Positions 53,715 to 64,000 of a stretch of 64,000 nt of DNA are shown here, one piece after another. The stretch comes from the human T2T-CHM13v2.0 reference genome, Homo sapiens. The stretch lies in the NCBI RefSeq assembly GCF_009914755.1, contig NC_060926.1; one strand, given 5' to 3'. A program made the position numbers and the translations under genes. The notes under the pieces were generated by a model that searched no databases, was not told the DNA's origin, and saw only the letters and a list, made by a program, of their open reading frames with translations. Within the stretch, counting starts at the first letter, position 1. Each line of letters starts with the position of its first letter.

Positions 53715-54029
53715 TTTTTTTTGTTTTTTGTTTTTTGGTTTTTTTTTTAGACAGAGTCTCACTCTCTTGCCCAGGCTGGAGTGCAGTGGCACGATCCCAG
53801 CTCACTACAACCTCCAGCTCCTGAGTTCAAGTGATTCTTTTGCCTCAGCCTCCCGAATAGCTGGGATTACAGGCGCCCACCACAACACCTGGCTCATTTT
53901 TATATTTTTAGTAGAGACAGGGTTTCACCATTTTGGCCAGGCTGTTCTAGAACTCCTGGCCTTAGGTAATCTGCCGGCCTCAGCCTTCCAAAGTGCTGGG
54001 ATTACAGATGAGAGCCACCGCGCCCAGCC
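53715..54029 (-). mobile_element. AluS (AluSx/Sz-like)
   Basis: Full dimer ending GCCACCGCGCCCAGCC; T-rich tail. Confidence 0.93.
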
Positions 54030-54084
54030 AGAGCATAAAATTTTTTGAAATAAATACTATGTCCTGTGCACTTTCAAAAATAAT

Positions 54085-57000
54085 TTCAATTTGATAATTA
54101 TAAATTGACAAATTATCATTGTATATATTTATGGGGTTCAAAATAATGTTATAATCTGTGAATATAATGTGGAGTAATGAAACCAAGTTAATTAGCAAAC
54201 CCATTACCTCAAATACTTATTTTCTGTCATGAGAAATTTCAAACTGTACACTCAGTGATTTTGAAATGTGCAATACATTATTATTTACTGTATTCACCAC
54301 ACTGAAATATATATCAAAGTAAACAATAACAAAAACCTTATTTCTGTCTAATTAAGGCTTTGATCCCTTTGTCCCTTATCTTCCCATTCCCCCCAACCCC
54401 CTAGCCTCTGGCAACTACCTCTCTAATCTCTGTTTCTTTGAGTTTGGCTGTTTAGATTCTTCACAGACATGAGAACATGAGATATTTGTCTTCCTGTATC
54501 TGGCTTATTTCACTTAGCATAATGTTCTCCAATTCTATCCATGTTGCTTCCAGTGGAAAGAGTTTCTTTTATTTTTAAGGCTGAATAATATTCCATTGTG
54601 TATATATACCACATTTTCTTTATCTATTCGTCTGATGATGGATATATAGGTAAATTACATAACTTGACTATTGTGAATAATGCTGCAATGAACATGGGAG
54701 TGTAGACCTCTCTTGGCCAAGTTAATTTTAAATATTTTGGATAAATACCCAGAAGTGGAATTTCTAGATAATATGGTAATTCTATTCTTAGTTTCTTGAG
54801 GGACCTCTATAAAGTTTTCCAGTATGGTTGTACTAATGTACATTCCCATAAACATTGTACAATTGTTTCCTTTTCTCCACAGTCTTGCCAGCACTTACCT
54901 TTTGACTTTTTAAAAATAGCCATTCTGACAGATGTGAGATGAAATCTCATTTGGCTGTGAGATTTTACTTCTGTGGTTTTGCTTTTCATTTCCCTAATGA
55001 TTAGTGATGTTGAACATTTTTTCATATATCTGTTGTCCATTTCTATATCTACATTTGAGGAATGTCTCCTCAAGTCCTTTACTTACTTTTTTAAGTTGGA
55101 TTATTTATTTTCTTTCTATAGAGTTGAGTTCTTTATATATTTTGGATGTTAACCCATTATCAGATGTAAGGCTTGCAAATATTTTCTCCCAATTCATAGG
55201 TTATCTTTCACTCTGTTATTATTTTCTTTTGTTGTGCAGAATCTTTTTATTTCAATGTAATCCCATTTGTCTATTTTTTTAATTGCCTGCACTTGTGGGG
55301 TCAAATTTTAAAAATTATTGCTCAAACCAATGTTGTGTAGTTTTTCCCTATGTTTGCTCCTTATAGTTTTACAGTTTCAGGTCTTATGTTTAAGTCCTGA
55401 ATCCATTTTTAGTTGATTTTTGTATTGGGTGTAAAAGAACGGTCAACTTTCATTGTTTTGCCTAGAAATATTCAATGTTCCTAACACTATTTATTGAAGA
55501 AACTCTCCTTTTCTTAGCGTGCATGTTTGACACCTTTGTTGAAAATCATTTGACTGTACACATGCATGAATTCATGACTGGGCTCTCTATTCTGTTTCAT
55601 TGGTCAATGAGTCATTTTTTTTTTTTTGCCAGTACCATGCTGTTTTAATTACTACTGATTTGTAGCAGTATTTGAAATCAGTTAGTGTGATTTTGTTTTG
55701 TTTCAACCCTATAGGAAGAAAATAAATAATCCTTAAGTTTTGTTCTTTTTGCTCATAATTGCCTTGGTTGTTATTTTTTTGTGCTTCCATGTGAGTTTTA
55801 GGCTTATTTTTTCTATTTATATGACAGGACATTGGAATTTTCATAGGCATTGTTTTGAATCTGCTTTGTTTTAGATAGTATGGGAATTGTACCAATATTA
55901 ATTCATACTCATGGGATAACTTTCCATTTATTTGTGTCTTCTTCAATTTATTTCACTGTTTTAGTTTTCATTGTACATGTATTTCACCTCCTTGCTTAAA
56001 TTTATTCCCAAATATTTTAATATTTTATAGCTATTGTAAATGGGGTTGTTTTCTTATTTCTTTTTTTGAATAGTTTGTTGTTGATATGTGGACATGCTAC
56101 TAATTTTTGTGTTGATTTCTTATTCTGCAACTTTTTGTATACATTTATTCGTTCTAACAGTCTTTTGATGAAATCTTTAGAGCTTTCTATATTCAAGATC
56201 ATGTCATCAACAAACAGAAACACATTTACTTCTTTCTTTCCTATTTGGATGCTTCATTTTTTTCCATGCCTAATTGGTCTGAATAGGACTTCTAATGCCA
56301 TGTCCAATAGAAGTGGTGACAGTGAGCATCCTTGTCTTGTTCTGGACCTTAAATGAAAAGGTTTCAGTGTTTCATCATTGAGTATTATGGTAGCTGTGGT
56401 TTTATCATATATGGCCTTTATTGTATTGAGGTAAATTCCTTCTGTACCTAATTTATTCAGTATTTTTTATCATAAAAATATTTAATTTTATAAAATTCTT
56501 GTTTTAATCTAACAAGATGATCATATTATTGTCTTATTCACTTAATGTGATGTATCACAATGATTAATTTCATATTTTGAACCATCCTTGTACCCAGAGA
56601 ATAATATCACTTGATCATGGTGAATGATAGTTTGAATGTTTTGTTAAATTTGGTTTACTAGTATGTTGTTGAATGCTTTTGCATCCATGTACATCAAGGA
56701 TATTGGCTTGTACTTTTCTTTTGAAGTCCTTGTCTTGCTTTGTGTATTAATCCATTTTCATACTTCTATGAAGAATCACCTGAGACTGGGTAATTTATAA
56801 AGAAAAAGAGGCTAATGGACTCATAGTTGCACATAGCTGGAGAGGCCTCACAATCATGGCAGAAGGTGAAGGAGAAGCAAAGGCATGTCTTACATGGTGG
56901 TAGAAAAAACAGCATGGCCAAGTGAACTGCTCTTTATAAAACCATCAGATCTCATGAGACTTATTCACTATCACAAGAACAGCATGGAGTAAAGCCCACC

Positions 57001-57795
57001 CCCATGATTCAATTACATTCCACTGGGTCCCTCCCATGATATGTGGGGTATACGGGAGCTACAATTCAAGACAAGATTTAGTTGGGGACACAACCAAACT
57101 ATATCACTTTGGCATAAGGGCAATGTTGGCCTCATAAAATGAGTTTGGAAGTAGTCCTTTCTCTTCCGTTTTTTTGAAAGAGTTTGTGAAAGATTTGTAT
57201 TAGTTCTTTAAGTATTTTGTAGAATTCAGCACTGAGGGACCAGGTCATGGGCTTTTCCTTGACAGGGGACTTTTTATTACTGGTTCAGTTACATTAGTCA
57301 TTACTGTTATCTTCAGCTCTTCTATTTCTTCTTGATTAAGTCTTTATAGATGAATTGTGTTTAAAAATTTATCCATTTTATCTAGGTTATACTTTTTTTG
57401 GTATATAATTTTCATCAAAATCTCTTAAGGTCCTTGGTATTTTTGTGGTGTCAGTTGTCTCCTTATTCATTTTTGATTTTATCTGAGTTTTCTTTATTTT
57501 TTCTTAGTGTAACTAAAGGTTTTTCTGTTTTTTAAATCTACTCTTAGTTTTGTTGCTCTTTTGTATTTTTTTCTCTATGTCATTTATTTCTGCCTTGATC
57601 CTTATTATGTTTTTAGTGCATGCTGATATTGGGCTTAGTTTGTTCTTTTTCTATCTCCTTGGGATGTAAATTTAAGTTGCTTATTTGAGATCTTTCTTCT
57701 TTTTTGATGTAGGGCTATGTTGCTGTAAAATTTCCTCTTACAATTGCTTTTGTTACATCTCGTAAATTTTGTAAGCTGTGCTGCCATTTTTGCTT
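54085..57795 (-). mobile_element. L1MA-type 3' half (ORF2 and 3'UTR)
   Basis: TATATTTATGGGGT...3'UTR; RT motif LFVDDMIL (ORF 56017-56223); KTAWYW (ORF 55587-55946). Confidence 0.9.
56743..57106 (-). mobile_element. THE1 (THE1C-like) solo LTR
   Basis: TGTATTAATCC...ATATCA; perfect TSD CTTTG at 56738-56742 and 57107-57111. Confidence 0.93.
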
Positions 57796-57820
57796 GCCAT
57801 TTTTGGTAGTTTGATATATA

Positions 57821-59310
57821 TATCAACTACCAAGGTCATTTTTCACAGAACTAGAAAGAAAATATTCTTAAATTTATATGAAACAAAAAGAAGTCAGAAT
57901 AATCAAAGCAATCCTAAGCAAAAAGGACAAAGCCAGAGGCATCATATTATCTGACTTCAAAAAATACTACAAGACCACAGTAGCCAAAACAGTATGATGC
58001 TGGTACAGAAGCAGACACAGAGACCAATGGAATAGAATAGAGAACCAACAAATAAAGCCCCACATTGACAGCCATCTGATCTTCAATAAAATCAGTGGAA
58101 ATAAGCAAGAGTTAAAGGATCCCTTACGCAATAAATGATGCTGGGATGACTGGCTTTTCATTGGTAGAAGAATGAAATCAACTCAAGATTAATTAAGGAC
58201 TTAAGTGTAAGACCTCAAACTATAAAAATCCTCGCAGAAAACTTAGAAAATAATTTTCTTAACATCAGCCTTGGCAAATAATTTATGGCTAAGTTCTAAA
58301 AAGCAACTGAAAAAAAAAAGAAATAATCAAGAGAGTAAACAGCCAGTCTACAGAATGAGTGAAAGTATTTGCAAAGTGTGCATCTTACAAAGGTCTTATA
58401 TCTCTCATCTACAAGAAGCTTAAACAAGTCAACAAGCAAAAAAAAACAAAAACAAAAAACAAATAACCATATTAAAACGTGAGCAAAGCATACAAACAGA
58501 CACTTCTCCAAGAAGACATACAAGTGGCCAACAAATACATGAAAAAATATTCAACATCACAAGTCATTAGAGAAATGCAAATCAAAACCACAATGAGATA
58601 CCATCTCACACCAGTCAGAATGGCTATTACTAAAAAGTCAGAAAATATCAGATGTTGTCGAGGCTGTGGAGAAAATGGAATGCTTACATAATGTTGGTAG
58701 GAATGTAAATTAGCTCAGCCACTGTGGAAAGCCATTTGAAGATTCATCAAAGAACTAAAAAGAGAAATACCATTTGACTCAATAATCTCATTACTAGTTA
58801 TACACCCAAAAGGAAATACATTGTTCTACCATAAAAACATATTCACCTGAATGCTCATCACAGCACTATTCATGATAGCAAAGAAATAGAATCAGCCTAG
58901 GTGCCCATCAAGAGCAGATTGGATATAAAACTGTGGTACATATACACCATAGAATACTACGCAGGCATAGAAAACAACAAAACCATATCCTTTGGAACAA
59001 TATGGGTGCAGCTGGAGGCTATTATTCTAAGCAAATCAGTGCAGAAACAACAAACCAAATACCATATATTCTCACTTATAACTGGGAGCTAAACATTGGG
59101 TACACATGGAGATAAAGATGGGAACAATAGACACAGGGAACTACAAGAGGAGGGAGGGTGGGAGAAGGGCAGGAGTTGAAAATTACCTTTTGGGTACTAT
59201 GCTCACTACCTGGGTGATAGATTCAATTATATGCAAAACATAAGCATCATGAAATATACCCTTGTAACAAACCTGCACATTGTACTCCTTGAATCTAAAA
59301 AGTTGAACAA
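57821..59310 (+). mobile_element. 5'-truncated L1PA16-like element
   Basis: ORF2 C-terminus [21 protein letters not shown]; 3'UTR GGGAGCTAAACATTGGGTACACATGGA...TATGCTCACTACCTGGGTGA. Confidence 0.9.
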
Positions 59311-59444
59311 ACGTTTGCATGATTTTAGTGTTCAAATCTATGTCTTTGAAAAAATAGCTTCTAAGTTATTTGTGATGCTTAGAAATGCTTTTCCTACTCC
59401 CAGATTAGTAAAATATATTGTATATATAATTTTTCTTTTAAAAA

Positions 59445-59530
59445 TATTTTTAATATTTGTGGGTACTATTGGGTGTATATATTTATGGGGTACATGAGAT
59501 GTTTTGATACAGGCATCCAATGCATAATTT
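59445..59530 (-). mobile_element. Short L1MA 3' end
   Basis: TGTATATATTTATGGGGTACATGAGATGTTTTGATACAGGCAT. Confidence 0.75.
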
Positions 59531-59894
59531 TTAAAAAAGAAATTTCTCCTCAGACCTTTAGTAATTCTTATCTTTGATTTTCATCCTTCTTCTCTCCCTC
59601 CTTCCTTCCACTCCTTTGTTTTTTTTAGATTGCCTTTTCACTTTTTTTGAGTCTTCCACTTAGGGGTCTCACCCTACCAAGCCCCTCTTAGCTACATTTA
59701 CTAGTTGTACCATGTCTGTGCTTTTTGGTTAAACTATTTTTAAAGCATATTATCACTTGTCTTCTCAATTCTATAATAAGTTTTTTCCTTCTGAGCTACC
59801 AACACTCATGAAGTCTTATCCTGGATAAAATCAGTATCTGTCCTTTTGTCTCCAATTTTAAACTGTTTTGCATTTTGAATATGGTGACCTGAAT

Positions 59895-60690
59895 GTCATA
59901 AAGGACACACTACAAAAACACACATATCAAATAGTTCTCAATGTTGTCAGACATTCCCCAGGATGGCTAGTACAAATTTAATTTTTTTTTAATTTCAAGA
60001 TCTGAGAGGCAGCCAAGAGGAGCCTAAAGAGACATGACAATTACATTTAATGTGGTATCCTGGACAGGATACTGGAACAGTAAAAGGACATTAGATTAAA
60101 AACTAAGAAAATATGAACTTCTATTTAAGTATAAATAGTAAGTTGTAGACTGTAGTTACTAATAATATATAAATATTGCTTTATTAATTGTGACAAATGT
60201 ACCATTTGTTTAGTCTGTTCTCATGCTGCTAATAAACACATAACCAAGACTGGTTAATTTATAAAGGAAAAAGGTTTAATTGACTCACAGTTACATGTGG
60301 CTAGGGAGGTCTCACATCATGGCAGAAGGTGAAAGAGGAACAAAGTCACGTCTCATATGGCAGCAAGCAAGAGAGTTTTTATAGAGGAACTTCCCTTTAT
60401 AAAACCACCAGATCTCATGAGATTTATTCACTATCATGAGAACAGCATGGGAAAACCCACCTGCATGATTTAATTACCTCCCATCTGGACCCTCCCATGA
60501 CACATGAAAATTATGAGAGCTACAATTCAAGATGAGATTTGGGTGGAGACACAGCCAAACCATATCACCATTCTAATGTAAAACGCTATTAGGAGGGGAT
60601 GCCGCGTGTTGGAATATGAGAACTCTCAGTACCATCATTTTAACTTTTTTATAAATCTAAAAGTATTCTAATATTTAAAGGTATATTCTT
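59895..60690 (+). mobile_element. L1MC-type 3'UTR fragment
   Basis: GAGACATGACAA...AATGTGGTATCCTGGA...AAAAGGACATTAG...ATAAATCTAAAAGTATTCTAA. Confidence 0.7.
60207..60567 (-). mobile_element. THE1 (THE1C-like) solo LTR
   Basis: Ends GACACAGCCAAACCATATCA; perfect TSD CCATT at 60202-60206 and 60568-60572. Confidence 0.93.
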
Positions 60691-60694
60691 AAAA

Positions 60695-61500
60695 TGTGTA
60701 AAATATGTCAGTAGGCATTTCACAGCACGTGATATCCATATTGTCAATGAACATATGATATAAATAAAGAAATTAAAGTTAAAACCACAGTGACATCTCA
60801 CCAGGCATCTTTCTGAATGGTTAAAATTACAAAGGCTGACAATACTAAGGTTTGATAAGGACATGCAGCAAGAGCAACTTTCATACCCTACTGGTAGGCA
60901 TGTAAATTGGTTTGACCAATTTGGTAATTTTTTTTTTTTTTGCAGTGTGTACCAAAGTACAACATATGCATTCCTTTTGTCCAATCAGTTCCACTCCTAC
61001 TCAGATACCAACCCATACTGCATGCATGTGTGCACCAAAATAACTTTTACAAAAATACTCATTGCAGAATTATACATAATAACCTAAAGAGAAAACAGTG
61101 CAAAAACCATAAATAGAGAATGCATGAATAATCTGTAGTATATTTGTATATTAAGCAGTAAAAGTTAATAAACTACATAATCAATAAAAACATGAAACAG
61201 GAATCAATGAAGATAGTATGTTGATTACAAAATGATTAAAAAATATCAATTAAAAGAAGACACACACAAGGATGAATATCATATGATTTTTTCATATAAA
61301 GTTTGAAGATAATGTCATGCATTAGACATCTCATTGTACTTACCTTTCGAAAGGAGGGTAGGATGCTGACTGGGAAGAAACTTGAGGGGGACACTGTGAA
61401 TGCTGGTGACTCTATTGATTCAAGTAGTGGTTTCATAGCTGTTTTCATGGTGTAAAAATCTAAGGAGCTACCCATTTATATTGTACTTCATACATTTGTT
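60695..61500 (+). mobile_element. L1ME-type 3' fragment
   Basis: TTAAAACCACAGTGA...CTGACAATACTAAG...TGTAAATTGG...CATGTGTGCACCAAAA. Confidence 0.65.
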
Positions 61501-61559
61501 TGAAACATTTTTTTAATTACATCTAGATTCTCCACCTTCTGATTATCTTTACATGCTTT

Positions 61560-62500
61560 TTACCATAGTCACTAGCAATTCCTGTTTGCCTAAACTAGTG
61601 ATGTTTTTATTTCCTTTCCTATTCCTGAACTCTGTCACACTGTTTATTTCTTGAAGTATTTTATTTGCCATTTCATTCTATTCCCCTTTTGTATCTCTTT
61701 CTTCTTCATCTTCTCATCAAATGTTTCTTCTGATAATTCTTAGGTTGTTGTCTCATTCAGTATATAGACCAAAATGTATCCAATACAATATATTCAATGA
61801 AAATTAGCCATAGGATGATAAAACTCATTTTGAAGGTCCAAACTGATATATTTAACTAATTATTGAACATCTTCATTTGGTTTCCTTAAGACACTTTAGA
61901 TTTAATTTACTGGTCTTCTCTTCATTTACTGGTATGCCTTTTACTGTTGTAGACTTAAAGAATCATGAAAAATTTTCAGCTCAAAATCATTCAGGAACAC
62001 CTAATTCTTAATCTCATAGGCGACTGCAATAACTCCTTAGCTGAGTTTACTTACTCCAAGCCTTGCCCCATTAATACTGCTGCTAATTATTTTCCCTAAA
62101 TCAAATGTGTTAACTCAACTAAGTTTTGTATAAACTATTTCCTGTCCTCTACATACCTATATGCTAGAGTCAGTTTCTTAAAACAGCATATAGTACATTT
62201 CAGTCTCAGTCCTACTTCTATCTCCACTTTACTTTATCGAACCCATTCCCTAACTATGTTAAACCAACATATTCCTCTTCTGTTAATACTCCATCTCCTC
62301 ACCATCTGTTATGGCTCTGTGCCTATGAACAGACTGTCTTAAAGAAGATTGTCTAACATCCTGCTGTCCATCTCTGCTTGGAAAATTATATTTCTCTGTC
62401 AGAGTCAAAACAAATATTATTTACATCGTTCCATATCTAGAGATCTTTGTGTCCTTTTCTATGTTCCCAAGTGTTCCAATTTCAAAAGTATGATTCTAAT
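61560..62500 (+). mobile_element. Degenerate L2
   Basis: ATATATTTAACT...ACATCTTCATTTGG...GACTGCAATAACTCCTTAGCTG...CTCTGCTTGGAA. Confidence 0.45.
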
Positions 62501-62809
62501 ATTGAAATTAAAAATCAATAATATAATATTAAATTATACTTAATACATTTATTTATGAAAGGTTTTTTAAGTTGATTATAATTATGTACATTGAAAATTA
62601 AATCTTCAAAGGCTAGTTAATAAACATCATTCACAACATATTTTGACTGAAAGGACATATATATCCAGCCATCCAACCATATGCTGCAGAAAGCTCCTCA
62701 GCTTTATTTTTCTGTAGGATATCATTTAGAGAATAAAGAATAAAAATTTTGAAATTTTGTTAAATTTGAATTTTACATTTGAAAGGACTGTTAAGATGCA
62801 ATTGACTTC

Positions 62810-62962
62810 AGAATATTTTCTCTACATTTCCCTTACATTTTCTCTACCTCTCCATCACAAAATCCTCAAGTTAATCACATCTGCAAAGTCTCATGTGCCA
62901 AATAAAGTTTCAGGTATTAGGATGTGAGCATCTTTGAAGAGAGATTAGTCTTCCAGACACAT
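62810..62962 (-). mobile_element. MLT1 LTR fragment
   Basis: TTAATCACATCTGCAAAGTC...CAGGTATTAGGATGTGAGCATCTTTG. Confidence 0.55.
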
Positions 62963-63060
62963 TTGAGGACAACCATTTTTTGCTGAACCTTATTATAGAT
63001 TCTTCTTATTGGATGGGTAAAATGATAAAGGAATGGTGAAATCCTGAGATTTCCTCTGAG

Positions 63061-63215
63061 CAGTATATCTCAAAATATGCCCCAGGGTTATTACTAGAAT
63101 GGTAAATTTCTGGCTTTACATAATTCCTGTAAAGTCAGAATTTTGGGGAATGGAGTTTACATATACTAATTTTGGCAGGAATGCACCTCAGTCAGAATGA
63201 AGTTGAGTACCAATG
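63061..63215. mobile_element. MER5-like element
   Basis: CAGTATATCTCAAA...TCAGAATTTTGGGG...AAGTTGAGTACCAATG. Confidence 0.4.
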
Positions 63216-63672
63216 TCTGAGAAGTGAGAGCATATATTCAACAACCAAGTCAAAGCTTTCTCTTTTTTTGGTCATCCAACATATAAAGTGAAAGAATGTA
63301 AGATGATTAATAAATTAAGGCTGGAAGATACATTTCCTTATTTTCAATCCTTTACGACAACATTTATCAAATGTTGATGAATATAAATTCATGGTCAAAA
63401 TTAAGATAATAGAAAAAGCAAATGTTAATTCTTTCAGATCCAAAGAATGCTCATCTATCTAATTACTTTCCAGTTTACATAACCTTTAAGGGACTAGAGT
63501 ACTGCATTTTAACCAAGACAAAAAACCCCATATATGATTATTCCACATTCAAATACATTTCACAATTGAGGGCAAGGTGGCTACATAATAGCATAAACCT
63601 TTATATTTTGATCTGTCTTCAAAACAACAAAATATAAAAACAAAAAATAATAACTAAGAACAGAAAGATGAA

Positions 63673-64000
63673 TGTATTAGTTCATTTTCACACTGCTGTA
63701 AAGAACTACCTAAGACTGGGTAATTTGTAAAGAAAAGAGATTTAATTGACTCACAGTTCCACATGGCTGGGGAGCCCTCAGGAGACTTACAATCATGGCA
63801 GAAGGGGAAGCAGGCACATCTTACATGGTGGCAGGTGAGAGAGAGAAAATAAGATCAGGGAAAACTGCCTTATAAAAATATCTGATCTCATGAGAATTCT
63901 CTCACTATCATGAGAATACCATGTGGGAAACTGCCCCTATGATCCAATCACCCCCCCCACCAGGTTCTTCCTTCAACACATGGGGATTACAATTTGGATT
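63673..64000 (-). mobile_element. THE1D-like LTR (runs off the window)
   Basis: TGTATTAGTTCATTTTCACACTGCTGTAAAGAACTACC...ATGATCCAATCACC...ACACATGGGGATTACAATT. Confidence 0.92.

Overview
This window is primate, human-like nuclear DNA. It is AT-rich, CpG-poor and apparently gene-poor, and it is dominated by transposon fossils. These include long L1 remnants (L1ME, L1MB, L1MA, L1PB and L1PA types), at least nine Alus, many solo LTRs (MaLR THE1/MST/MLT; ERV1 LTR8, MER4-group, MER39-like, LTR12), one complete LTR-internal-LTR MST element, Tigger1, MER46C, MER5, MER91, MER103, L2 and MIR. The only recognisable cellular gene sequence is a disabled processed pseudogene of ribosomal protein L37 (about 19974-20343). 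I found no intact protein-coding gene, RNA gene or CRISPR array. The ORF-track hits I could identify are repeat-derived or chance ORFs. I found no credible undescribed biological system. The observations worth checking are mutational and structural: a 340-bp templated duplication with asymmetric divergence, a Tigger1 with a flipped terminus, a twin-primed L1, a fold-back L1 junction, an orphan MaLR-internal fragment, nested insertions and an LTR12 NF-Y promoter. Subfamily names come from remembered consensus sequences and need Dfam/RepeatMasker confirmation. Boundaries without a stated target-site duplication (TSD) are approximate.
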